Virus record (IMG/VR): IMGVR_UViG_3300047160_003350
Location: 1-21,710 of that record
DNA from: a virus
Reading direction: 5' to 3' (one strand)
Length of the DNA stretch: 21,710 bases
Shown: positions 5,710 to 12,943 of the stretch, piece by piece
Layout of the letters: each line of letters starts with the position of its first letter
How positions within the stretch are numbered: the first letter of the stretch is position 1
The notes under the pieces: model-generated
Database searches by the model: none
The model's input: the letters and a program-made list of their open reading frames with translations, nothing else
Told to the model about the DNA's origin: nothing
Translations under genes and position numbers: made by a program

Positions 5710-6239
5710 GCCAGGCGGGCCGCCACCCGGGCGGCGTCGGCCGCATGTCGGATGTCGTGCCCCGAGGGGGCCAGGCGCTGCTGGTCGATCTGACGGACCA
5801 GCCATTGCACCGCCTGCCACGCCCGGCGCCGGTCGACGCCGCGCAGTAGGGCCTCGTCGATCTCGTCGGCGGCGAGGGTGAGCCACGGCCACGGCTGCCA
5901 CGACGCCAGGCAGCGATATCCGGTGCCGTCGGCGACTTCGCCGGTTTCGTCGTCGACCCGGCCGAGGGTGACGATCTCGAGGCAGATCCCGCCCAGCGGT
6001 GAGCTGTCGATGTCGAAGCGGCGGGTGGTGGAGTACAGCTCCCAGCCTGGGCCGGCGTCGGCGAGACGGTAGTGGCGGGCGGGGTCGGAATCGTAGAGCG
6101 GTCGGTCGCCGTCCCAGATTTGGCGAAGCCGGGCCTTGCGGGCGGCGATGGCGGCCTCGGCCTCGGGGGTGTTCACCTGCAGTGTCCGACCCGAACGGAC
6201 CGCACTACCGCCACGGGTTCCCCTTTCAGAGACAGCCAA
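5706..6239 (-). CDS. Hypothetical protein (up to 177 aa)
   Basis: ORF track, coding-like composition. Start is ambiguous (TTG 6239 or GTG 6176). Confidence 0.5.
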   Translation of the reverse strand: MAVSERGTRGGSAVRSGRTLQVNTPEAEAAIAARKARLRQIWDGDRPLYDSDPARHYRLADAGPGWELYSTTRRFDIDSSPLGGICLEIVTLGRVDDETGEVADGTGYRCLASWQPWPWLTLAADEIDEALLRGVDRRRAWQAVQWLVRQIDQQRLAPSGHDIRHAADAARVAARLA

Positions 6240-6288
6240 GGGTCCGCTTCCCCGCGGGCCCTTCCCGTGTAGTGGACCGCAGGAGAAC

Positions 6289-7104
6289 TCATCCGACCTC
6301 CCCGGTGTCGGGATCGGCCGGCCGGGACGACGGGTGGCGGGCTACCGCCTCGTCGATCAGCCGCGACAGCAGTTCGCCGTGGGCGACGGTGGCGCGCGGC
6401 CCTTTGATGTTCGGGATACCCAGGTTTTTGGCCTGTTCGGCCACCTCCGCCCGGGTCTGCTCGTCGAGGTTGTCGACCACGGCGAGGAGATAGGACCGCT
6501 GCTCGGCGGAGATCTCGTCCTCCCGGGCGTACTCGGGGATGGTGGCGCCGCCGGGGGTGAGCGAACGGGGTTCCGGGCCGGAAGCCGGGGATGGTGACGA
6601 TATGGTGTCTCCCGGCCCGGAGATCGATTCGACCTCGGTCTCGTCGAGCCAGCCGAGCCCGCAGATCGACAGGGTGGCCCGCCGTTTCGCTTTGGTCTCG
6701 GCTTTCATCAAGGCGTTGGCCAGGTTCTCGCCTTTGAGCCCGGCGATCGACACCACCCCGGTGGACTCCTCGGAGCGGCCGTCGGGCAGCGACGCCTGGG
6801 CGGTGACGATGTAAATGCCGATCTGCTCGTGCATGTCCCGGGCCGAGATCCGGGTGGACACGTGGTCGCGGCGGCGCAGCTGGTCGGCGGCGTCCTTGCG
6901 GGCGTACAGGGTGAGCTTGCCTGACAGTTTGATGTACTCGAACGGTTTGGTCAGGGGGTTGACGCCTAGCGATTGGCAGACGGCGTTGTAGTAAGCGAGG
7001 CGCTGCTCGGCGCTCAGGTTGGCCAGGTCGCCGTCGACCACGACCTGCTCGAGGGTGGCGGCGTCGATGACCTGGGCGGGGGCGACGTGCTCGAGGTCGG
7101 TCAC
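6289..7104 (-). CDS. recT: RecT-family single-strand annealing recombinase (271 aa)
   Basis: LSAEQRLAYYNAVCQSLGVNPLTKPFEYIKL..LTLYARKDAADQL...ALMKAETKAKRRATLSICGLG is the RecT signature region. GTGA overlap with the upstream gene. Confidence 0.85.
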   Translation of the reverse strand: MTDLEHVAPAQVIDAATLEQVVVDGDLANLSAEQRLAYYNAVCQSLGVNPLTKPFEYIKLSGKLTLYARKDAADQLRRRDHVSTRISARDMHEQIGIYIVTAQASLPDGRSEESTGVVSIAGLKGENLANALMKAETKAKRRATLSICGLGWLDETEVESISGPGDTISSPSPASGPEPRSLTPGGATIPEYAREDEISAEQRSYLLAVVDNLDEQTRAEVAEQAKNLGIPNIKGPRATVAHGELLSRLIDEAVARHPSSRPADPDTGEVG

Positions 7105-7286
7105 GACGCTGCGGGGGCCTTGTCGGGGTCGAGCAGGGCGTCGATGTCGCTGCGGCGGAATCGGACCTGGCCCGACGGTAGTCGTATGTGGCGGATTTTC
7201 CCGGCGTCGGCCCAGCGGCGGACGGTTTCGTCGCTGACTTCGAGCATGGCCCCGACTTCGGCGGCGCTGAGCAGTTCAGATGGCAT
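7101..7286 (-). CDS. Excisionase/MerR-type HTH protein, first gene of the leftward operon (Cro- or Xis-like, 61 aa from ATG 7286; GTG 7292 also possible)
   Basis: LLSAAEVGAMLEVSDETVRRWADAGKIRHIRLPSGQVRFRRSDIDALL. ATG 7286 lies 6 nt after a TAATAT -10 element. Confidence 0.75.
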   Translation of the reverse strand: MPSELLSAAEVGAMLEVSDETVRRWADAGKIRHIRLPSGQVRFRRSDIDALLDPDKAPAAS

Positions 7287-7292
7287 GTCCAC

Positions 7293-7322
7293 ATATTATT
7301 GGGTATTCCAATTGTTTGCCAA
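7293..7322 (-). promoter_or_regulatory. Leftward early promoter
   Basis: On the minus strand: TTGGCA (7322-7317), 18-nt spacer, TAATAT (7298-7293), 6 nt, ATG 7286. This predicts a leaderless transcript. Confidence 0.6.
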
Positions 7323-7331
7323 TAACCCTAC

Positions 7332-7365
7332 TTATCCACAAGCACTTGTGGATAGTGTGGATAAT
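7332..7365. promoter_or_regulatory. Operator-like repeats identical to DnaA-box consensus, overlapping a rightward -10 (GATAAT 7360-7365)
   Basis: TTATCCACA at 7332-7340, TGTGGATAG at 7348-7356, TGTGGATAA at 7356-7364. Palindrome TATCCACAAG-CA-CTTGTGGATA at 7333-7354. Confidence 0.7.
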
Positions 7366-7375
7366 GTGCTAGGGT

Positions 7376-7657
7376 GTGGGAATGATGGATGGGGATGTGG
7401 GGCGTCGCCCAGCCGATACGTTCGGGGCGCGCCTCGCCGTGATGCGCCAGGCCATGGGCGGCTGGAACGTGAAGAAAGTCGCCGACCACTGCGGGATCAA
7501 CGACCAGGTGTGGCGGAACTGGGAGGCAGGAATCCGGCCGCGCGACTACGTGGAGGTGTGCCGGCTCATCGCCGAACGCCTCGATTTCGAGTTCGAATGG
7601 GTGGCTTTGGGCGGCCCGCTGGACCCGGCATCAACCGGATGGTTGATCGCGGCATGA
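7376..7657 (+). CDS. XRE-family HTH protein, probable immunity repressor (93 aa; start GTG 7376 or ATG 7382/7385)
   Basis: FGARLAVMRQAMGGWNVKKVADHCGINDQVWRNWEAG is an XRE-type HTH. Divergent from the Cro/Xis-like gene. C-terminus is ...STGWLIAA. Confidence 0.75.
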   Translation: MGMMDGDVGRRPADTFGARLAVMRQAMGGWNVKKVADHCGINDQVWRNWEAGIRPRDYVEVCRLIAERLDFEFEWVALGGPLDPASTGWLIAA

Positions 7658-7830
7658 TCGTTATCAAGATCGACGACACCCGCACCGGGGCCAAAGGCCG
7701 GATCGTCACCTACCCGCGCGGCCGCATCACATGGATCTGCCAGGAATGCGACGACAGCGACGACCTGGCCCGGGGTTGGGGTGAAGCCGTTGACGCATTT
7801 TTGGCCCACTACGAGACCGAGCACAGCTAG
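7654..7830 (+). CDS. Hypothetical protein (58 aa)
   Basis: ATGA overlap with the repressor stop (7654-7657). MIVIKIDDTRTGAKGRIVTYPRGRITWICQECDDSDDLARGWGEAVDAFLAHYETEHS. Confidence 0.55.
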   Translation: MIVIKIDDTRTGAKGRIVTYPRGRITWICQECDDSDDLARGWGEAVDAFLAHYETEHS

Positions 7831-7870
7831 GAACCACCGGGCGGGCGGTGACCGACCGGGAGGTTGACTC

Positions 7871-8701
7871 ATGCTGCTCGAAGATGCCATCACCGCCTAC
7901 GTGACCGACCGGGCCGCCCGGGGCGAGCTGACCGCCGGCTCGGCCTACCAGATCGGGTGGCGGCTGCGAACCCTGGCCCACTGCCACCCGGGTTTGCCGG
8001 TCGGGGACCTGTCGGCCGGGCATGTGGCGGACTGGCAGCGCCGAACCGGCGGCCAGTCGCCGGCGGCGCGCCGCTACTACCTGTCGAGCCTGCGGGTGTT
8101 CTGCCGGTGGGCCGCGGCCGCCGGTCTGCTCGATGCGGATCCGACGGCCGGTACCGCCCGGGTGCGCGAACCGAGAGCGGTGCCGCGCGCCCTGTCGCCG
8201 GGCCGGGTGGCCCGCCTGGTCATGGTGCTGCCCGACGACCGGGCCCGCCTGATCGTCGGGCTGATGCACCAGGCCGGATTGCGGTGCGTGGAGGTGTCCC
8301 GCCTGACGGCGGCCGACTGGGACAGCTCGGCCGCGGTGCTGCGGGTGGTGGGCAAAGCCGGCCACGTCCGCGAGCTGCCGGTGCTCGATGATCTGGCCGC
8401 CATGCTCAACCGGCGCGCCGCCGGCCGCAGCGGCCGGCTGGTCGGCCTGTCACCGGCCCGGATATCGGTGCTGGTGTCACGCTGGCTCGACGCCGCCGGG
8501 TTGAAGACCGCGGCCTACGACGGGATCTCCGCCCACGCCCTCAGGCATTCGGCGGCGTCGGACCTGCTCGACGGGTGCGGCGACGTCCGCCTGGTCCAGG
8601 AGTTCCTGGGGCATGTGTCGCTGGCCACCACGGAGCGGTATTTGCGGCGCCGGTCTACCGCCGAGATCCGCGCCGCCATGCTCAAATCGCGGTCGGCCTA
8701 G
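7871..8701 (+). CDS. int: Tyrosine recombinase/integrase, short XerC/D-like (276 aa)
   Basis: GGGAGG at 7858-7863 upstream of the ATG. GLRCVEVSRL (Arg), HALRHS (H-x-x-R) and LGHVSLATTERYL (His...Tyr) are the catalytic motifs. There is no long N-terminal arm-binding domain. Confidence 0.9.
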   Translation: MLLEDAITAYVTDRAARGELTAGSAYQIGWRLRTLAHCHPGLPVGDLSAGHVADWQRRTGGQSPAARRYYLSSLRVFCRWAAAAGLLDADPTAGTARVREPRAVPRALSPGRVARLVMVLPDDRARLIVGLMHQAGLRCVEVSRLTAADWDSSAAVLRVVGKAGHVRELPVLDDLAAMLNRRAAGRSGRLVGLSPARISVLVSRWLDAAGLKTAAYDGISAHALRHSAASDLLDGCGDVRLVQEFLGHVSLATTERYLRRRSTAEIRAAMLKSRSA

Positions 8702-8808
8702 GAGAGCATCAGGTACGCCAGGTAGGCGATTTCGAGGGCGGCGAGCACGCCGGCGGCTACCACCACGAACACGCCCAGCATCCACAGCCGGGCCCGGCGG
8801 TCGCCCAC
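8698..8808 (-). CDS. Small single-pass membrane protein (36 aa from GTG 8808; 27 aa from ATG 8781)
   Basis: Own translation: VGDRRARLWMLGVFVVVAAGVLAALEIAYLAYLMLS*. Very high third-position GC. The GTG directly follows the holin TAG in the same frame. Its stop shares the CTAG at 8698-8701 with the integrase stop. Confidence 0.5.
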   Translation of the reverse strand: MGDRRARLWMLGVFVVVAAGVLAALEIAYLAYLMLS

Positions 8809-8997
8809 CTACGATTTCCGGTCACCGTTGCTCGTGGTGGGCAGGGACACGATGACCACGGCGATACCTCCGACCAGGCCGATGACGGCCAGGAGGTCGG
8901 TGTCCAAATCGCGGTTGCGGATGAGCACGATGAGCGACAGGGTGAGCACGGCCACGCCGAGCAGGATGAGCAGGGCGTCGCGTTTGGCCAGGCTCAC
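8809..8997 (-). CDS. Holin-like protein, two transmembrane helices (62 aa)
   Basis: GTGA overlap with the endolysin stop. VSLAKRDALLILLGVAVLTLSLIVLIRNRDLDTDLLAVIGLVGGIAVVIVSLPTTSNGDRKS. Confidence 0.65.
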   Translation of the reverse strand: MSLAKRDALLILLGVAVLTLSLIVLIRNRDLDTDLLAVIGLVGGIAVVIVSLPTTSNGDRKS

Positions 8998-9809
8998 GTG
9001 ATGGGCGCGGTCCACGCCGCGGCCCACGTGTCGGGTCCGACGATGCCGTCGACGGTCAGGTGTTTCTCGGTTTGGAACTCGACGCAGATGTCTTGGGATT
9101 CGGGGCCGTACACGCCGTCGACGACCAGGGTCCAGCCCCGGAAGTGCATCTGTTCCTGCCATTGGGCGACGTCGGGGCCGGACATGAGCGGCGGGTACTC
9201 GAGGTAGCGGCCCGGCCATGGCGGCGCCGGGCTGGTGGCGGGTGGCGGCGGCGTCGGGCCAGGAGGTGGCGTAGACGTTCCGGCGCCGCCGCCGGCCATG
9301 GCCAGCACGTCGGCCATGGGGAAACCGGGGCCGCAGTCGACGTGACCGCCCCCCCAGCTGCCCAGATCGACGTGCTGGCACACCCCCCGCCCCGAGCCTT
9401 GGGCCTGGGCGGGACTGAGAGCGACGATCGGGATACCGAACGCGGCGGCTTCCTCGGCGACCCAGGCGGCCAGGTTGGCCATCATCACCGTCTGGGCCAG
9501 CCAGGTGTAGCGCGACCAGGCGGCGGACGCCCCCGGCGGGGTGCAGCACTCGGCCTGCACCGCTACCGGGTTGGCCCCCGCCGCCGTCCACGCTTTGCCC
9601 GAACGGGCAACGTATTCGCCGATGACACCGGGGCTGGCGTTGTCGATGCCGACATGCGAGCTCACCCCGCTCGAGGGGTTGGCGAAGAAGTTCCCGAGGG
9701 ACTGGTAGGTCTGGGCGCCTTCGCTGGAGTGGATGACGATCAGCCTGACGGTCGCCGCGCCGCGCGTCGAGTAGTTCGGGCTCGGAATGCGGACCCGGTT
9801 AAGAGTCAT
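8994..9809 (-). CDS. Endolysin: N-acetylmuramoyl-L-alanine amidase (Amidase_2/PGRP-like) with C-terminal peptidoglycan-binding domain (271 aa)
   Basis: Start at ATG 9809 (MTLNRVRIPSPNYSTRG...VIHSSEG...SSHVGID...AWTAAGANPVAVQAE). Pro-rich linker. C-terminal SGPDVAQWQEQM...VDGVYGPESQDICVEFQ...VDGIVGPDTW is PG_binding_1-like. Confidence 0.85.
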   Translation of the reverse strand: MTLNRVRIPSPNYSTRGAATVRLIVIHSSEGAQTYQSLGNFFANPSSGVSSHVGIDNASPGVIGEYVARSGKAWTAAGANPVAVQAECCTPPGASAAWSRYTWLAQTVMMANLAAWVAEEAAAFGIPIVALSPAQAQGSGRGVCQHVDLGSWGGGHVDCGPGFPMADVLAMAGGGAGTSTPPPGPTPPPPATSPAPPWPGRYLEYPPLMSGPDVAQWQEQMHFRGWTLVVDGVYGPESQDICVEFQTEKHLTVDGIVGPDTWAAAWTAPIT

Positions 9810-9936
9810 CCTCGTCGTCTTGGTCGTAGGGGGTGGTTTCGGGGTGGGCGGGCTGGTAGCCGGCCGGGTCGTCGGCGGGGGCCGGCCACTCCCGCTCTTC
9901 GGGCTCGGGTTGGGGTTGGGGTTGTACGTCGGGCAT
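9799..9936 (-). CDS. Small acidic proline-rich ORF (45 aa)
   Basis: Own translation: MPDVQPQPQPEPEEREWPAPADDPAGYQPAHPETTPYDQDDEDDS*. High third-position GC. Overlaps the endolysin start by 11 nt. The alternative frame is also Pro-rich, so coding status is uncertain. Confidence 0.4.
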   Translation of the reverse strand: MPDVQPQPQPEPEEREWPAPADDPAGYQPAHPETTPYDQDDEDDS

Positions 9937-9946
9937 ATGTCTCTCT

Positions 9947-10747
9947 TTACAGCGTCGAGAATGAGCAGGACAGGTAAAGGTTCGTGGTGGTCCCGGTGTT
10001 CTGCTGGACGACCCCGGCGGAGGTGATGGTGAAAAAGGCGAAAGTGCTGGCTCCGTTGGCGGTGGCGAACCCGACGGTCGCGGTGGGCCGGTACCCGGCG
10101 GGCAGCGTCAAGACGGCGCTGTTGGCCGTGCCGCCGGTGACAACGCCCTGCATGTGGACGGTGGTGCCGACCAGCCGGTAGCGCAGAGCGTTCGGCGCGG
10201 CCAAGGATGCCCAGCCGTTGGTGAACCCGCTGGCGGCGGTCCAGCTCGTGTCGCCCGATGACGGGACTACCGGTACGGGCAGGTTCCCGGGGCGGGTGTC
10301 GGTGATGTTCCCGGCGGTCACCGCGGCGGACCCGCCGGGCACGTAGATCTGGGCCAGACCGACCGCCCCGGCCGGCACGGCAGGCACGGTCGGTGACGCC
10401 GCCGCGGTGCCGGTGACGTAGGTGAAAACGAAATCGTTGTTGGCGCCGCCGTCGAGGTCGTTGCCGCGCGGCTGGCAGACGATCAGGTCGTACCGGTTGG
10501 TGCCCGACGCCGGCGCCGCGGTCAGGGTGACCGGTTCGACCGCGTCGGAAGTGCACAGGGTGGACCCGGTCGAGTTTTGCGACGGCACGGCGACCTGGCC
10601 GACGGCCACGTTCACCGTCATCCCCGATGACGGCGTCACGGCGCAGCCGGCCGAGGCGGGAGCGGGCCACAAGGCGGCGATGAGGCGCCGGTCGGCGGCC
10701 GCCGCATACGAGCCGGCCTGCAACCATTGGGGGGTGTAGCGGGTCAT
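9947..10747 (-). CDS. Minor tail protein, receptor-binding/fibre-like (266 aa)
   Basis: N-terminal YTPQWLQAGSYAAAADRRLIAALW...GMTVNVAVGQVAV pattern, common in actinophage distal tail proteins. Last structural gene before the lysis genes. Confidence 0.65.
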   Translation of the reverse strand: MTRYTPQWLQAGSYAAAADRRLIAALWPAPASAGCAVTPSSGMTVNVAVGQVAVPSQNSTGSTLCTSDAVEPVTLTAAPASGTNRYDLIVCQPRGNDLDGGANNDFVFTYVTGTAAASPTVPAVPAGAVGLAQIYVPGGSAAVTAGNITDTRPGNLPVPVVPSSGDTSWTAASGFTNGWASLAAPNALRYRLVGTTVHMQGVVTGGTANSAVLTLPAGYRPTATVGFATANGASTFAFFTITSAGVVQQNTGTTTNLYLSCSFSTL

Positions 10748-10748
10748 G

Positions 10749-12047
10749 TCATCTCCGGTTCAATGCGTTGACGTCGCGGTTGTTGGCCGCCAGCAGGTCG
10801 GCGAAACCGGTCGGCGGGCGGCCCACGGTCACGCTGACGTCCTCGGCGGCGTCGTCTGAGATGTCGAAGGTGACGCCGAGGACCCGGACGGTGGTGTTGA
10901 CGTTGAGCCGGCCGGCGGTCACGATCAGCGGCAGGGTGTCGCCTATGGCGAACAGGCCGTAACTGTAGGTGCCGGGCCGCAACGTCAGGGTGTAGACCGG
11001 CTGCAACGCCGACAGGGCCAGGTCGCCCTGGGCCTGCTGGGCCAGGGTGGCGGTCTGGTTGACGTCGGCGGCGTTGTCGGCCGACTGCCACAGGCCGGTG
11101 GTGGTGCCGGTAGCGTCAGCGTTGTACGCCTCGCCGTAATATTGGGCGGCGGCCGGGTCCGACGAGCCGTTGTTGCCCAGCACCCGCCAGTAGTTGGCGT
11201 AGTCGGCCGAGTTGACGGTGCGGGTCAGAGCCGACACGGTCGAGCCGTACATGAGCGTCGGGCTGGTGCGGGCCTGCCCCTGGTAGGGGTAGTAAACCTG
11301 GATGTTGTCGCGGGTGGCGCCGGCCACCGGGACGGTGGCGTAGTCGAAACCGCCCTGTATTTTGGCCAGCTGGTCGAACAGGTCGCCGATGACCGACGAC
11401 CCCAGGTAGGTGCGGTCGCGCAGCACCCCCGAATATGAGCGGGTGTTGCCGGCCGGGTCGAGCGTTTGTGTCTGGACCGGCAGGTAGCCGCCGGGCATGA
11501 GGGTGGCGCCGGTGCTGTCGAGCGGGTTTTGGCGGGCGTAGTCGATCAGGGCGACGGCGATGGCGTCCTGGTCGGTTTGGGTGAACGTCCACGGCGTCGG
11601 CGCCGTGTACAGGCGGCGGGCCAGCATGGCCAGGTAGTCGTGGCAGGTGAAGGTGACGGTGTTGGACTGTTCGGTCAGCTGGTCCTCGGATTGGGTGACC
11701 GGCCCGGCGAACATGGGCCAGTCCTGGCCGTTGTCCTCCCGCCACCGCCAGGCCACGATCTCGGTTTGCAGCTCGGCGATCAGGGCCGCCTCGGGCCGGG
11801 CCGAGTCGATGGTGAAAGTGAAAGCGGCGGGCTGGCACCAGTTCCGCTCGAGGCGGCGGCCTCTGGCCGCGGGCAGCTCGGCCAGGACGGTGTTGTTCAG
11901 GTTGTCGCCGGCGGAGAACCGGCGGCGGTGAACGGTGAGCCGCCACCGGCCCCGCCCGGGCGGGACCGGGACCGGGGCGGCGCGGCCGGCGACGCCGGGC
12001 GGGTAGCCGTCGTCGGCGTCGGGGTGGCGACCGGCCGGCCAGGTCAT
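10749..12047 (-). CDS. Minor tail protein, Tal / Sipho_Gp37-like baseplate hub (432 aa)
   Basis: ATG 12047 overlaps the Dit TAA by 1 nt. Follows Dit. DQDAIAVALIDYARQNPL and GGFDYATVP segments resemble the Gp37-like family (recalled, not searched). Confidence 0.65.
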   Translation of the reverse strand: MTWPAGRHPDADDGYPPGVAGRAAPVPVPPGRGRWRLTVHRRRFSAGDNLNNTVLAELPAARGRRLERNWCQPAAFTFTIDSARPEAALIAELQTEIVAWRWREDNGQDWPMFAGPVTQSEDQLTEQSNTVTFTCHDYLAMLARRLYTAPTPWTFTQTDQDAIAVALIDYARQNPLDSTGATLMPGGYLPVQTQTLDPAGNTRSYSGVLRDRTYLGSSVIGDLFDQLAKIQGGFDYATVPVAGATRDNIQVYYPYQGQARTSPTLMYGSTVSALTRTVNSADYANYWRVLGNNGSSDPAAAQYYGEAYNADATGTTTGLWQSADNAADVNQTATLAQQAQGDLALSALQPVYTLTLRPGTYSYGLFAIGDTLPLIVTAGRLNVNTTVRVLGVTFDISDDAAEDVSVTVGRPPTGFADLLAANNRDVNALNRR

Positions 12048-12943
12048 TACGTCAGGTACCCTTCGGTCCAGGTCATCTGGGCCTGGCTGACGGTGTTGGC
12101 GTTGGTGCCGGCGCAGGTGACCGTGTAGGTTTGGCCGGCCGCTACCGCCGGCCACAGTTTCGAGTTGACCCAGTCCAGGTTGGTGAGCACCGGGCGGGTG
12201 GTGTCGGAGTTGTAGAACGCCGTGCGGTTGGCACAGTCCACGTCGACCCAGTCGCCGGCGTTGACAGCGAACGACGGGGCGAAGTGGACGTAGAACCATT
12301 GGGTGGCGCCGCCGCCAGCGGGGGCGAAATCGACGCGGGGGGCGGTGAGCGACCCGTAGATGCGTATCAGCGGCCGGGCGGTGACGTCGCCGGTCACGGT
12401 CATGGTGGCGGTGGTCGCCGACGTGCCGGCCGGGTAGGCCCGGTTGTACCCCAGGTTGTAGGCCCGGCCGGGGCTGGCCGTGCCCGCCCAGCAGGTGACG
12501 GTGGTGGCGGTGGTGGCCCGGGCGACGGGGTCGGCGGCGACGAAACCGAGCTGTATGTCGCGCTGGTAGGGGCCGGCGACAGGCCACGAGTACCCGGACG
12601 CCCGGACGGTGAGGACCCGTTCGGGGGTGCCGGGCCGGTCGAGGACGTAGTGCAGGACGGGCCGCTGGGAGGGGTCCATGAACGGGGCGAAGTTGTCGGC
12701 CACGTCGTCGATGACGGCGCCGGCGCCGGCCACGGCGGTGATGTTGACGGTGACGGCCCGGGCGCCGAACAGGCTGGTGCGGTCGTCTTCGCCGTTCTGG
12801 TCCGGTCGGGGCGAGGTGACCTCGCGGACGGTCGGGTAGCCCAGGTCGAGCGAGCTGCAGAAGTAGCCCCGGGTGGGGTCCTCGAGGGGCACGGTGCTCG
12901 ACCCGAGGGTCAGCCAGGCGGTGCGCACGCAGGCCACGGTCAC
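12047..12943 (-). CDS. Distal tail protein (Dit-like, 298 aa)
   Basis: GTG 12943 has a GTGA overlap with the tape measure stop. Position immediately after the TMP. Beta-rich sequence. Confidence 0.65.
   Translation of the reverse strand: MTVACVRTAWLTLGSSTVPLEDPTRGYFCSSLDLGYPTVREVTSPRPDQNGEDDRTSLFGARAVTVNITAVAGAGAVIDDVADNFAPFMDPSQRPVLHYVLDRPGTPERVLTVRASGYSWPVAGPYQRDIQLGFVAADPVARATTATTVTCWAGTASPGRAYNLGYNRAYPAGTSATTATMTVTGDVTARPLIRIYGSLTAPRVDFAPAGGGATQWFYVHFAPSFAVNAGDWVDVDCANRTAFYNSDTTRPVLTNLDWVNSKLWPAVAAGQTYTVTCAGTNANTVSQAQMTWTEGYLT

Noticed and set aside
6173-7294. 373-aa minus-strand ORF overlapping recT in another frame
   Set aside because: Extremely Arg/Pro-rich translation. The recT frame has recognisable family motifs.
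7354-7381. Similarity of AGTGTGGATAA-TGTGCT to the XerC arm and spacer of E. coli dif
   Set aside because: The left arm matches only about 8/11 and the right arm shows no resemblance to the XerD arm. The region is kept only as one alternative reading in the switch-region finding.
7585-7615. TTCGAGTTCGAAT inside the repressor gene as a tRNA-like attP core
   Set aside because: It is a short direct TTCGA repeat encoding FEFEW. There are no complementary T-stem or acceptor-stem sequences.
8994-10727. 577-aa, 612-aa (10749-12587), 440-aa (12047-13369), 417-aa (3775-5028) and similar over-long track ORFs
   Set aside because: The N-terminal extensions run through the preceding gene in an alternative frame and are Arg/Pro-rich. 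Internal ATG/GTG starts that overlap the upstream stop by 1-4 nt give sensible proteins.
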